Shown here: positions 40,330 to 53,460 of the stretch, piece after piece
How positions within the stretch are numbered: position 1 is the first letter of the stretch
Layout: each line of letters opens with the position of its first letter
Assembly: GCA_951406725.2 (NCBI GenBank)
Contig: OX597816.1
Coordinates: forward strand, 116,002,001-116,066,000
Reading direction: 5' to 3'
Origin: Octopus vulgaris
Lineage: Eukaryota
DNA: 64,000 nt
The notes under the pieces: generated by a model
What the model was told of the DNA's origin: nothing
What the model saw: only the letters and a program-made list of their open reading frames with translations
Database searches by the model: none
Translations under genes and position numbers: made by a program

Positions 40330-42290
40330 ACGTTTTATACTTCATGGCATGTCTGCAGGGATTTAAAAGCTCCTATCTTTGATTCAGTGTTTATTTATCC
40401 TGGAACAGGATGAAAAACTTTTCAGTCAGGTACAAATTGTACAGCATTGGGCTTCTGTATGCTCCATGTTTATATGGTTCTGTTTTCTCTGTTAAGCTGA
40501 TTTTGAAAATACGAGTATCATTTTCTTTCAATTGCCGCACTTGTTTAGCGTGACTCGTTGCTGTCCTATTTTCAGGGTATCGAAATGAATTTCCATAAGA
40601 ATATAATCTAGTCTTGAAGGAATTTTCTGAGTTTCTCGTATATGTTTTGTATTCTTGTGAGCCCATCTATCTGTACCTTATCTCCATATACTATTCCTTT
40701 CTCTAGACAATTCCCTCCTAACGGACAGCAACTTAGTTCTTTACAATTGCATTTCTTATTATTTCCGGCAGTGTGGTCACCTCTAAGGGCTTTTGCGATG
40801 TGCTGGTTAATTAAAGAGGCAAAGCTCTTGCAACAAGAATAGCTAACCTTCAGTGTCCTCCTATTAAAAATGTTATAGAACTTATGGTTTACTTGAAAGT
40901 GCTTAGAAACTTGTTTTAAGAATATCCTACTATAATGCTAAATGTCGGGTTAAACCACAAAGCTTTTCTAGTTCTAGTTCTACATGCCCTATCATTGTTA
41001 GTTGTGCTTTGACTATACTGGATTTTCTCCGAGAATCCACTATTCCTTAAAGCATTATTATAATACGGCGCGGCATTCTGAAGCGCTGTTTCATCTGAAG
41101 ATATGGATGATATGCACCTTTCTATATTACTAACAAGATTCTTTAGTATTACGAGTGGATGATTTGAATTTTTCTTAATATAATATAGCTTTACATTAGG
41201 CTTACAGTAGGGTTTAAATTTATCTATTTACAAATCTAAGTTAGTATCTAAAAAATTTATATTATTTTGGTTAGTTTGTATCGGTATTCATAAGCCCATT
41301 CTTTGGAAGAATGTAATGAGATTCTTCCTTAATCTATCTAACTCATGGCCGTTCATATTTCGGGTGACTATAAGACCGTCATCTCTGTATAATCTTGAAT
41401 CTATAAAAGGGAATCCCAGATGCAGGTTGTGCAAAATATAAGCTCCTATAAGCATACATAACTCTGCCACGTCATATGCATCCATAGGCACATCGAATCC
41501 TCGCTCTTTTTAACCCAGGTGAATTCGTCGTAAAAGAGGAGGGATTTCTTTGCATGCAGGATAATATCTATATCCGAACTGACGATGGTGACATATTGTT
41601 TGGCGAAGTCTAATGCTTTATGAAGTAAAGGCCTGGATATTGACGGGTAAATGTCGACAATATCGAACTGCGTAAATTTATAGTTATATTTACGGCTAAT
41701 CCCCTTGAACCAAACTATAGCTGACTTACTGTTTCCCCAAATCCGTAAAATTAATTTCCTATTTAACATGTTTAAAATAGAATCTAAGATATTTTTTACT
41801 AATAATACCTATTTCTGTTTTAGCTGGGTTGATTAGGCTACATTTAAGGTTTCAACTGAAATTTACTTTGTGGTTCTTAAGGGTAATAAACGGTTGGCAT
41901 GGGGGAAGGCATTCTATCCTATCACTAACTTTAAGATTGGTAGCGATTCATCTTGCTTTGATATTCACATCTTTATCTAAGTTAGTGTTAGCTTTTTTGT
42001 AGGTGTCTGTAATACTATTAGAAAGAAGCCGTTTGTAAAGATCTTTTTCAATCGCGTATATGTTTTTTTTTTGTTTTATCGGAGTTTACAAAAAATCTTA
42101 TCCGAATGCTTTATACTTCTAATACTATCAATTATAGTTCTCTCGAGCAAATTGGTGATTTTACGGAATTTTATCCATCTTATAAGTTTGAACAGGTCTC
42201 TTTCAAAAGTTTCTAATTCTAAAGTAGATGGTGGGTTTTTTGGGAAATTTAAGGCCATACTTGTTTCTGTTATTCTATTTTTTTATTATG
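40330..42290 (-). pseudogene. Penelope-like retroelement (Naiad-like) RT plus C-terminal GIY-YIG ORF, frameshifted
   Basis: Motifs in order: YGLKFPKNPP..ELETFERDL..IKFRK; FDIVDIYPSI; MDAYDVAELCMLIG; LYRDDGL; SNHP; ALWFNPTF; SYSC; CNCKELSCCPLGGNCL; FKTRLYSYGNSFR; YNLYLTEK; LNQR*ELLNPCRH. Multiple stops and frameshifts. Confidence 0.85.
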
Positions 42291-42344
42291 ATTACTTGAT
42301 TATTTTGCTTTCATTGCATCTATTTTTTTTTGCCTGTCCTTCTA

Positions 42345-42880
42345 ACTTACAGCTATGTTGAAACAGGTGATACAGGAGAGTGCAGCATTGATGACAAAAT
42401 ATTTGTGGAGTAAACGATGGGCTAATCCAACTAAGCGACTTGTCATTCTTCCGTTTGGAATATTCCAGGCCCTAACCAGTAATGGAACATTGGGGGTGGC
42501 GTGGTTTGTGATTTTTGAACGCGCCGAAAAGCTGTCATTGGATATACTCTTCTTTGCGGGAGTCGGCGCTGCCTCTAACAGGACCCATCGTCTGAATCCT
42601 GATCTCGCTTCTGTCTTGAGACTCCATTTGGCGTGCTGCAGCATGCCTTTGCTGAGCTTGGGAAAGTATCATCTCTCTTCCTTCTTGAGATTCCATTTGA
42701 TGTACAGCAGCATACCTTTGCTGGTCTTGGGAAAGTGTCATCTCTCTTCTGCAGCATGCTTTTGCTGAACTTCAGAAAGTCACATTTTGCTTCTGTCTTG
42801 AGATTCCATTTGATGTGCTGCAGCATGTGTTTGCTGATCTTGAGAAAGACTCACCTCCTTTTCTCTCTTGAGACCCTTGG
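42345..42880 (-). pseudogene. Remnant with ~4 x 23-aa STPR-like repeats and a CxxC motif (possible Helitron RepHel N-terminus)
   Basis: 69-bp units translate to LSQDQQTHAAAHQMESQDRSKM*, LSQDQQRYAAVHQMESQEGREMI and LSQAQQRHAAARQMESQDRSEIR. IFCHQCCTLLY follows downstream. Confidence 0.5.
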
Positions 42881-43121
42881 CTTCGGTTTTCTACAATCTT
42901 CCTTGCTTTATGCTTCTTTCTGGAAAGACTACGTCAAGTTTTTGGCAGCATACTTTTTTTCAAAATTGTAAACCAAAATTTATGAACATAGAAGAAATTA
43001 TACAGTAATCTCTATTATTGCATATATATTATTGAGTATGTATATATATATATATATATACAATATAATATATTATATTATACAAATAAAACATATATAT
43101 GCATATATACATACCTACATA

Positions 43122-43177
<56 letters not shown>

Positions 43178-44208
43178 GACACAGGACGTCACAGAACGTA
43201 AACAACATAAAATAGGAAAACATGAAATACGAAATATATATATACATACATACATACTTACATATATTTATTTACCATCAGGGCTACAGGGAAAGCTACT
43301 AAAAGTATGCTATAATTGTGGTCCAACCGATGTGTTGGGTAATCTGTGGTTTTCTCCATTTTCTAATTACTTACGTTGGTTCCTGATATACTCTTGTTTA
43401 TCCTGTTGTTACCTGCACGAGACGTGTATGGTGTGCCTGTACACCATTGCCCAGGGATAATGCAGGTAACGAATACCGATAGTATATACGGATATTTTTA
43501 TCCCTTAGTGGGTAACTATAACCGCTAACTCTGTTTACGTTTCATATATATACACACAAACACACAGACACACACATACACACATGTCAGGGGTTTTTTT
43601 GTTTTCTTTTTTGAAGTTTACATTTATAATGTACCCTTTTCTATTAGCTTACGTAGAATTATTGCTTGTGACACTATAAAAGACTTTCGAATGACTGGAA
43701 AAGAATGTTACTACAATTTGTAGGAATTTGTAGACGAGTATGCGTGAGCTATGTTGTAGTTTTAACCTTTTATTACTTCTTCCGTTTCTTCAGATTGGGC
43801 AGATGTGTTGATTAAGAATAGAAAACATAAGTAAATTACATATGTTTTCTAAACAAAATTGCCTGCAACTGTCAATGAATATTTGAAGCTATATACAAAA
43901 CAACACAATTCTGAAATATGTAAAAACTACTGACAAGAAAAGACAATGCACCCTGATTGCTGCAATGTAGGCTAACAATAGAAATTTTAAATTTCGTCAG
44001 TGATATCAGTCACGATATCGTTGGCACTCTCTTCTTCAAGGAGGGCTCAGCACATAACAATACCGAACTTTTTGTTCACAAGACGAAACGATTAAGGTTT
44101 GTATGTTTTATTATAGAAAACAATGCCAAAGCAGAGATACGAATTGTGAAGCGGGATGAAAAATTGAACAAAACAAAATAATTGTTTCTAATATATATTT
44201 ACATGCAA

Positions 44209-44410
44209 GGTGGTGGTCTGACAGAATGGATAATACGCCGGGCAAAATGCTTAGCAGCATTTCGTCCGTCTTTAAACTCTGATTTCAATTCCGCCGTGGT
44301 CAAATTGGCCTTTCATCATTTCGGGGTCTCTAAAATTTTTACCAGCTGAGCACTGGTACTTATTTTACCCCTTCACAAAAATTGCTGACCTTGTGTCAAT
44401 ATACTTGAAA
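44209..44410 (+). mobile_element. SINE family B
   Basis: ACGCCGGGCAAAATGCTTAGCAGCATTTCGTCCGTC...GCCTTTCATCATTTCGGGGTC. Confidence 0.75.
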
Positions 44411-44417
44411 CGAATTA

Positions 44418-45002
44418 AAATACATGTTATTTGCATACGGTTCGTCTTCAGTATATGTTTCATGGTTACAGTTCATGAGGTTTTAACTCAGGGGGATTAA
44501 TCCGCGTTGTGAATGTTAGGTTTCATTCAGTTAGGTGTAGTTTAGATTACAGTATGTGAATGTGTGTTTTGATGTATGCACACACCTGGGTAATTGTTCC
44601 GTAATTCTGTTTATAATGCGCTCCTTTGTTAATAATATTGAGAGTGACACCTCGGAACATAGCAAGCATTTCCGGGATAATGTGTTATAACGACTCGCAC
44701 GTCTAATTATGGACCAGGTTAGGTCGTATTTTGCCTTCTCTTCTTTGAGTCTCCTGATAAAATCAGCCAGTGATGTTACATGCTGTTAAAGAATTTTTCG
44801 AAATCTGGCAATGTGGTTGCGGTATTATAAACAAAGGAGCGCATTATAAACAGATTTAAGGAGCGATTACCCAGGTACCTGCATACAGCTAAACACACGT
44901 TCACATACTACAATTTAAACCACACCTATCTGATGCAAACCTAACACCCACAACTCGGATTAATCCTCCTGATTTAAAACTGTATGCGAATAACATGTAT
45001 TT
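44418..45002. mobile_element. ~585-bp fold-back element with long diverged inverted arms
   Basis: Ends are AAATACATGTTATTTGCATACGGTT and AACTGTATGCGAATAACATGTATTT. Arms about 44485-44640 and 44822-44980 are reverse-complementary (for example TGTTTATAATGCGCTCCTTTGTT / AACAAAGGAGCGCATTATAAACA). Confidence 0.75.
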
Positions 45003-45229
45003 AAACATGTGACTTTACAATCCACCTGTGAATATGTATGTATATATATGTATGTGGATGCACATGTGTATATATGCGTGTGGGTGTGTCTGTCTTCGTG
45101 TGTGAGAGGTGTCTGTGTCCAAAAATTATTCTTAAAGCACTTAATGGTAAACATAATAATACGTTCGAATGAAAATAATCATGGAATTATAATGTTTGAT
45201 GTATGATCCTCCACATGCAATAACCTTCC

Positions 45230-46357
45230 TTACGCACTGATACATTGAATTTTTCAAGGTGATGATATCCTCTTGTATCATGCTTTGAGCAGCATTACAA
45301 TAGTATCCCAGAGGGCAACTTTATCTGAAAACTGTCGTCCATCTTGGTAAATGCGACTCTTCAGAACACTCGACAGGTTCTCGATCGGGTTTAAGTCTGG
45401 AGAACAAGGTGGCTATTCCACCAAACGAACGTCAGAGAAGCTTAGAATTTTTCGCAACATGAGACAGGGCATTATCTTGAATAAACACTAGCTTTCTCCA
45501 GAAAGAAAGTTTTTGATTTTTGAACCACGGTTGGAAATTGTCCTTTAAGAAGGCAACATATGATTTCAATGTCATCTTAATGCCATCTGGAACTTTTGAT
45601 GGCCAGGACATCATACCACCAATGACGCCAGCTCAACACTTGACCCCCACCTCTCCCCTGTTGGCGTCTCAAACGATGAGAACAGTTCCTGCTGATTGAT
45701 ACCCAATCTTGTAGCACTGCATTCATCAGTGTACAGAACTGTTAAAAAATCTATCTTCATGTATTCTTCTGCCCATTTCAGTCTCTTCTGCTTATGAAAA
45801 GCCTTCAGTGGGGGTCTTGAAGTAGGTTTAACATTCCTGGCTACCTGCTTTAAGAAGCGCCACCTGGTAGTTTCCGATACCTCTTCCCTGCCACAACGTT
45901 TAAAGACTTCTCTACTTGTCAGACATGGGTTCCGCACAACTTCCCTTTTCACACGTGACAAATTACGATTCAAAGCAACCCTCAACTTGCCCTTATGTGC
46001 AGTGTCCCATTTCTTCAGTTTCGGTGATCCATTCCTTGTATTTTGGATATTTCTATGGTTGTTTTTCCTTTTCCAAGCTCTGACACGTTGGTAAACCTCT
46101 AATTCGAGGTAAGATCCCCTTTCTGACCCATAATGACATTTAAATTGGGCACCTACCTAATAATTTCGGATAGCAAAAATGTTGCTGCTATATGATAACG
46201 GCTACTGTTTGTTTTCGTCTGCGCAGATCCAATTTATTTTAACAGAATGTGCGCAGATAGGTATTGCCAACAGTCAGTGGGAAACAACTGATTCTGAACA
46301 AATTTACCTTTATTTATTGAGAGAAGATTGATATGCCTAATAATGTGGGATGCAGTG
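45230..46357 (-). mobile_element. Tc1-like DNA transposon remnant (DDE transposase)
   Basis: RPPLKAFHKQKRLKWAEEY...VLYTDE, FIQDNA..H and PCSPDLNPIEN motifs. A terminal sequence TA|CACTGCATCCCACATTATTAGG lies at 46336-46359. Confidence 0.85.
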
Positions 46358-46630
46358 TATATATATGTCTCTGTGTCCCTCTATCTGTCCATCAGTATGT
46401 ATATGCACGAACATAAAACTACTTGACTAAGTATTAATCTTCCTTTCTCCTTCTACTTTCTTTTTCCCCTAAGCAGTTATGACAGCGATAGCTGATTTTA
46501 TCTAAACTGGAACGCAGGATTCCCACGTATATATTTTAATTTTTTTGCGTTTCAATAATATTATTTGCTTTTATTCATTCTCTAACTTGATAGCAACAAG
46601 CCAGCCGCCACTAAAAATCTCTTTATCAAT

Positions 46631-46675
46631 GTACCTGAAGAGACCCAGACTGATGGATCGAAACATATGTTATAC
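46631..46675 (+). ncRNA. Minimal type-I HHR
   Basis: GTAC-CTGAAGA-GACC(CAGACTGAT)GGATC-GAAA-CATATG-TT-ATAC, with palindromic CATATG stem III. Stems I and II are imperfect. Confidence 0.65.
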
Positions 46676-46740
46676 TTAATAAAAATCTAATACGAAATCC
46701 ATCTCCTATTAATTAATACTATACATACATATACATACAG

Positions 46741-46813
<73 letters not shown>

Positions 46814-46817
<4 letters not shown>

Positions 46818-46998
46818 ATCCAAACGAGAAAGCACAAAAAAAAACACACCAACGCGAGGACGTGGAACAAATAAAGTATTATTGGACGCTCAGGAAAGAA
46901 GGGCGTTTCGAGCGGAGCTCTTCGTCGGAAACAAAGGAGAAGGAAAGATCCCAGGAAGGGAAGACAGAGGAAAAAAATTGCTGGCGGTGCTCACGAGG

Positions 46999-47000
<2 letters not shown>
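46814..47000 (-). mobile_element. Second copy of the 36846-37045 element, HHR damaged
   Basis: Minus strand reads GTTT-CCGACGA-A-GAGC(TCC)GCTC-GAAA-CG followed by a deletion. Flanked by (TA)n. Confidence 0.8.
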
Positions 47001-47050
<50 letters not shown>

Positions 47051-47097
47051 AGGAAAAATCTTTTTAAAAATGCAGAATGCTCAAATGAAATATATAC

Positions 47098-47151
<54 letters not shown>

Positions 47152-47627
47152 GTGTGTATATATATGTATATGTATATATATATATGCATATACATATATA
47201 CACATATATACATATACATATATACACGTGACTATGTGTATAGGTATGTGTATATACATGTGTGTGTATGTGTATAAAGAAACGTGATCTCGCTCATATT
47301 AATGCAAAACGTACGCATAATTCCTTGTATAATGAAATTGTTACTGCATGAAATAAGTTGCAAAAAGGCCGTAATTCCATGGTTGTTACGTGGTTAAATA
47401 TATTTACTTCTGATACCTCTTTACTTTATGTCTATATTTCCCCCTCAGAATAATATTATCATTTGCTTTTTTTCTGGACTTTCAATTACATGGGTAGATT
47501 ACATTGTACTACTTTATAATTAATTACTCTGTGGCCTGATAACCAATCCGCACGAGATTATTGCGATAGCCACATGATTTTCTGAATCCATATTTTATAC
47601 TACTCATGTGTGTGTGTGTGTGTGGAC

Positions 47628-47670
47628 GCCTCTGATGAGAACCCAATAAAGTTGGAAAACTGATTAAGGT
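47628..47670 (+). ncRNA. Possible degenerate type-I HHR
   Basis: GCCT-CTGATGA-GAAC(CCAATAAA)GTTG-GAAA-ACTGAT-TA-AGGT, starting just after a (TG)n tract. Confidence 0.5.
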
Positions 47671-47812
47671 TGTTCATCATTTTTAACGGAGCTATGAGCT
47701 GAAACTACAGCAAAAAAAAAGAAATTATATACACTACACACATATGTAAATACATACATATATACATATATCTTATATATATATATATGCGTATATATAT
47801 AATATATAATAT

Positions 47813-47863
<51 letters not shown>

Positions 47864-47870
<7 letters not shown>

Positions 47871-48190
47871 ATATTTCGGAATGGTCATATTGCCAGTTTA
47901 CCAATAAAAACACACGCACTATATATTTGGTGTTATTTTGCTTTAGTGATATTTATTTTTTACATTAATCTTAATCTTATTTATACTCCTGTGACCGCAT
48001 CAGTGGTCCTTTGTTTTCTTCTCACTTACTTGTGTCTCTCCTTACTAACCGTCAGCCATTTTGTATTTCTATTAAGATTAAGATTAATGTAAAAAATAAA
48101 TATCACTGAAGCAAAATAACACCAAATATATAGTGCGTGTGTTTTTATTGGCTAAACTGGCAATATGACCATTCCGAAATATAACAATAT
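47864..48190. mobile_element. Young fold-back element with ~115-bp near-perfect inverted arms, next to (TA)n
   Basis: 47864-47979 and 48073-48189 differ at only a few positions. The loop holds a partial HHR 5' half on the minus strand (CTGATGC-GGTCACA). Confidence 0.85.
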
Positions 48191-48238
48191 CTGTTTCAAC
48201 ACACGACTTCACATAAAAAATCTTGCACAACAAATATT

Positions 48239-48291
<53 letters not shown>

Positions 48292-48307
48292 ATATATGTA
48301 TATATAC

Positions 48308-48430
48308 ACTGCCAGATCTGACTGGCCTGGTGCAGCCTTCGGGCTTCCCAGACCCCAGTTGAACGTCCAACCCATGGTAGCATGGAAAGCGGACGTTAAA
48401 CGATGATGATGATGATGATAATGATGATGA

Positions 48431-48434
<4 letters not shown>
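48308..48434 (+). mobile_element. 3' tail of a retroposon ending in (GAT)n (RTE-like)
   Basis: CGTCCAACCCATGGTAGCATGGAAAGCGGACGTTAAAC(GAT)n with a terminal stem-loop (CGTCC/GGACG, CCATG/CATGG). The RTE assignment is from recollection only. Confidence 0.5.
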
Positions 48435-48475
<41 letters not shown>

Positions 48476-49273
48476 CATATACATACATGTGTGTTTGTAT
48501 AAAAGTTGTTATGTCCTTGCTGCATTTGACAAACATTTTCAAGCCAGTATTATTCTAGTGGTAGTTCTCTCTTGGGAAATATTTTCCATCAGCTGTACTC
48601 AAGACGGAAGAGGAAAAAAATGTCTCAACAAGATGGTCCAGGTTTTTGTGCAATACCCTAAAAGCTCTTGGAGGCCACAGTTTGGTATCATAGCATTGTA
48701 GCACAAATTGCTTTTAGCATAGGATAATCCAATGACGAAATCAAAGAATTACGCCGCGATATCACACCAAATAAACTTTTGTATGAAGACAACGTAAATT
48801 ATATACGTATAAATGTAAGCACACCTCTATCCGTATGCGCGCGTGCTCATGTGCTTCTATAATTGAGTGTGCGTGTTTTTTTGCGTGCTTTTATGTCTTT
48901 GTATGTCTCTATGCTTGTGAACATACTTTACGTAAAGTTTTGAAAATGTGTTTTAATATATATACTATATTTATTTTAGTAAAATTGAATTTTGTCTGTA
49001 GTATATTGACAAATGTCAGTTTACTTACAGCAAAGCAGCATTGTAAAAGATTATCCATCTGAAAGGTGTTTACCAAAACACTACGACATGACTGCTGCCA
49101 TAATGAATATATCACCAAAGATTTCTGAAAGCCCGAACAAAAGGTTTTTTGCATGCATATTAATATACACGTGCGCACACATAAGCAGACACACACACAC
49201 ATCACACACACACACACACACACACACATACATACATATATATATATATATATACACACACACGTATATATAC

Positions 49274-49356
<83 letters not shown>

Positions 49357-49536
49357 GATATACGTTAGGGGAGGAAAGTTCATAAGTTTACATCATATCT
49401 GAGTTCAATATTTTGGAATATCTAATTAATGTATTAAGTCCATTTTTTAACCATTTGATAACAACAGACTGTCGCTAATCTACATTGCACATATATACAT
49501 ATGACGCCTACTCATTTAGGTATGTGCATTTATATA

Positions 49537-49602
<66 letters not shown>

Positions 49603-50577
49603 TGTGTGTGTGTGTGTGTCTATGAATGTATGTGCCCACTCTGCTATACAATATAAACAGCTACATTGAATTTTTTGTTATGCCACATTAATGTACGCGA
49701 ATGCCGTCTGAAAATCTACGTTTTGTAAGATTTACACCGAAGCTACTGAGAAACCCATGGCTTCTCTGATATATTGTATAGTGAGATCGAAACCACAATC
49801 ACAGTATTCTGAAGCAATCATCAAAACTAGAGAGCCATACGAAGAATAACAGGGAACATATGTAGACACGATACATACAATACATGCTCTTTTTCTCATG
49901 TTTATACTTTTTTCACTACTATTCCATTACTTCTTCTTGTATACTTTGTTTATTCTAAGTTAATTTAAAGTTAATACCTCTTTGCTCTACGAATTTATCC
50001 AGGGAAAGCAAAATGAAAAGTGAGATAACATTGGAGTTTTGATGTGATGTTTTCATGTCCTCAAAAACAAAAAACAAAAGGACTGGAAAACGCATAGCTC
50101 AGTGTAAACAATGGTGTGTGCTCGATCAATCGAGATAATCCATATGGAAATGTTTGCTGGTTTTTGGAACCGTGAATGTCACGAATCAACAAAGAGAGTA
50201 GTCGTACCATAGGCTTGTTTACTAGCTGTTACCCACAGTACGTAAGTCTAAATGACACTAGTATCAGAGAGATATTGCTACAGACTTTTTTGACACTTGG
50301 TTTTACGCTACATTTACGTAACAGCACAGACAGGTGGTGAGCGTGGGGATAATGGACTACAATTTGTGGTCAAGTGGAGTTTGTATGTAAATAGAATTCA
50401 GATCCGAATAGACCTTAAAGTCTATACCGAAGCTATACCCTATTGAGGGAATGGAGAGGGTTTGAGAAAAATGAAGTAGCAGTGAGATACTGAGAAAATT
50501 TAATCGTCTAATTCTCCAACCCAAAATTTAAAGGTCTTTTGTCTGATAGAAACCATTATCGTTATTGTTACAGTGAA

Positions 50578-50790
50578 GGCGGTGATCTGATGGAATCGTT
50601 TAGGACGCCGGACGAAATGCTTAGTGGCATTTCTCCAGGTTTTACGTTTAAATCCTGGCGAGGTTAACTTCATTTTGTTATCCTTTCGTGGTCGATGAAA
50701 TAAAATACCAACCAAGTACTGTAGTTGACGTAAATGCATAATCCCTTCCCCAAAAAGTAACTTCAGGCCTTGTGCCTATATTAGACACGA
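50578..50790 (+). mobile_element. SINE family B, diverged
   Basis: GGCGGTGATCTGATGGAATCGTTTAGGACGCCGGACGAAATGCTTAG...ATCCTTTCGTGGTCGATGAAATAAAATACCA. Confidence 0.7.
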
Positions 50791-52424
50791 TTATTATTCT
50801 TTTGCTTTGTAGTTATGTGTTGCGTTCAAATACCGCCGAAAAGGCCTACCTCTTTCATCTTACGAAGCATTGATTAAATAATTACGCATCAACTTCGCAG
50901 ATGGAGTTCATCGAGTATACCTCAACGCCAAATGTCTGGCCTTATTTTCAAGTTAGAAATCATTATTGTTTTTACATTCTCTTTAATTAAAATATTAGAT
51001 GATTAATTATACAGGCAAAACCTACTTTATATACATAAACATATGCTTCCATACATACATACCTACATACATGCACTCATGCATAACTATATATATATAT
51101 AAACAGGCAAACAGACAGACTGACAGAGAGCGGTCGACCTTACAGCAACTATGCTTGATAGTATGTGTCTCGGTACATTTCATTTAAGTTTGTGAAAATA
51201 TATGTGATAGGTGCATGAATGTTTTTATGTGAATCTCTATTTGTGCGTTTGGCTATATTGCTGAGAGTTTTTATATTTCTTTCTGCAAGCGAAACATAAA
51301 TTTAGAATTCAATGTATCACTTTAAACCGGGGGGCTTTCCGAATGTATGCTTGAAGTAAAGCAATAAAGATCATAAGGTAATGGTAGATATCGCCATCAT
51401 CATCAGCAGCAGCAGCAGCAGTAGCTGCAACAGCAAGAGCAATAGCATTTTTCTATTATTGTATTCCCCTGTCATTACTTCACCACCATCAACATCATCA
51501 TCATCATCATCATCATAACCATCACCATCATCATAGTATTTTTAGCCGTCATGGTTGTATCACTGATGTCTTCATCTTTGTCAAATTCAACATTTTTCGT
51601 TAACGTTATCACCATAAATGTCAGCTTCATTTTGACTAGAGGTCAAAGAGGTTAAGCTTGTGCTGTTGCTTGACCTGCAAGAAATAGCAGTTTATTTTCT
51701 CTTAAACAATCGTCTACCATATCTTTTTGTCATGAAAATATACTGAGAGGTTAGCCGATCATTATAGAAAGCATTTCCTGTGCACCTAGCGAGATATCAA
51801 TTTCTCTTAAACAGTGTCCGACTCCTACATCAAACAAGAGCTAATTTTCTACTTGGAACAATCACTTTTCGATATATAAATAACCGATTAGAATTCTTAT
51901 GACTTCGCCCACAGATCACTAACATTGATAACAGGTCATGGATTCAATTTTCTCTTTGTCACCCATCCTTTCACTACCCTTGAATTATGACGCCAAGTTT
52001 ACACATATAAATATTTCCCCCCCGATCATATCAAGTCACTATCACTCATTGTCAACGACCAAATCATTGTCACTACTTCTAACTCCTCCTCTCTCCTTCA
52101 TACACACTCTCTACTCTTTTACACACACATGCTCACATAGTCTTCTACAAACTTACTTCGATACATTTACACATACACACACAAACTCTTCTACACATGT
52201 AACTCCCCAAACTTACATAATTATACACACATATATATAAATACCCTCAACTACCTCATTCGCACTTAATTTTTACGCCATACATCTGACTATAGCCTTC
52301 AATCTAGCATCTCTGTTAGAAACCACTTACTGTCACCTAAATCCTTTCTACTGTCAGTTGCTATGCTGCCACTTACGTAAAACTATACATTTTCCCCTGT
52401 CTCTGTAGGAGAAAAATTGTATAA

Positions 52425-52838
52425 TCTTTTACTTGTTTCAGTCATTTGACTACGGTCATGCTAGAGCACCGCGTTTAGTCGAATCAAATCGATCCAAGGA
52501 CTTATTCTTTGGAAGCCTAGTACTTATTATATCGGCTTCTTTTGCCGAACCGCTAGGTTACGGGGACCTAAACACACCAGCATCGGTTGTCAAGCGATGT
52601 TGGGGGGACAAACAAAGATACTCAACGTATACACACACATACACACATATATATATATATATATATACATATATACGACGGGCTTCTTTCAGTTTCCGTC
52701 TACCAAATCCACTCACAAAGCATTGGCCGGCCCGAGACTATAGTAGAAGACACTTGCCCAAAGTGCTACGCAGTGGGACTGAACCTGAAACCATGGGGTT
52801 GGTAAGGAAGCTACTTACCACACAGCCACTTCTGCCCC
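52425..52838 (-). mobile_element. tRNA-derived SINE, family A, full length
   Basis: Collinear with 279-694. Confidence 0.9.
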
Positions 52839-53139
52839 TGTGTGTGAGTTTATAATAGTTTTCTACTGCTCTTACACCTAAACTAGACAGACACACTTTG
52901 GAAAGTTCAATATTTCTTCCTTTCCGTCACAGCTTACTGTATGGAATCTTTATTCCTGTATGTGTTTTGCTTTTGGTCGTGCTTAACCTTCCGAATACAA
53001 CACTGAAATTACTAATATTTTGACAAAAAACTTCCGTCTCTTTCTTCGAAGGCTATATATTATTACATTGTCGCACCTAAACACAGATCTCCCTAAACTG
53101 CTCGGCGAGCTTTAACCAACAAGGAAACATGTAAATTAT

Positions 53140-53460
53140 CGTTCGATCAGTTGAAAATAGTATCGAAATTTCCTTCAAATCACACCCTACTTTTCTAAAA
53201 TCTGTAAGATACAAAGAATGGACCAAGTGATCCTTTTTAACTACAATATATCTGAAAAAGATAAGCTGGTTGTGTCTAGAATGTTTTTTATGAATTGTCG
53301 GCGTGGTTATTTTTTATTGTTTGTCTATCCTGGGTGAATAAAGGAGTGATTCTCAACTTAGTCATACGATCTGCTCGAAATATAAGCTAAAACTCTATCC
53401 AAATCACACCTGACTGACTTCAAAAAGCGTGTGGCATACTGGATAATGTAGTCTTATAAA
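53140..53460 (+). repeat. Old dispersed repeat family (two adjacent copies)
   Basis: A diverged motif of the form CTGCTAGAAATAGCAGCCAAATCTCCCTCAAATCACACC recurs at about 5570, 28710, 51673, 53146, 53369, 54400 and, reversed, 5995. Confidence 0.55.

Noticed and set aside
40307-40362. HHR-like CTGCAGA...hairpin...GAAA at the PLE 3' end (minus strand)
   Set aside because: The same bases encode the conserved C-terminal PCRHAMKY motif, and the core and stems are poor.
40690-40760. Selenocysteine recoding in the Naiad-like ORF
   Set aside because: The conserved cysteines are TGC/TGT here. The stops I read near the C-terminus are TAA/TAG decay, and no SECIS was recognised.
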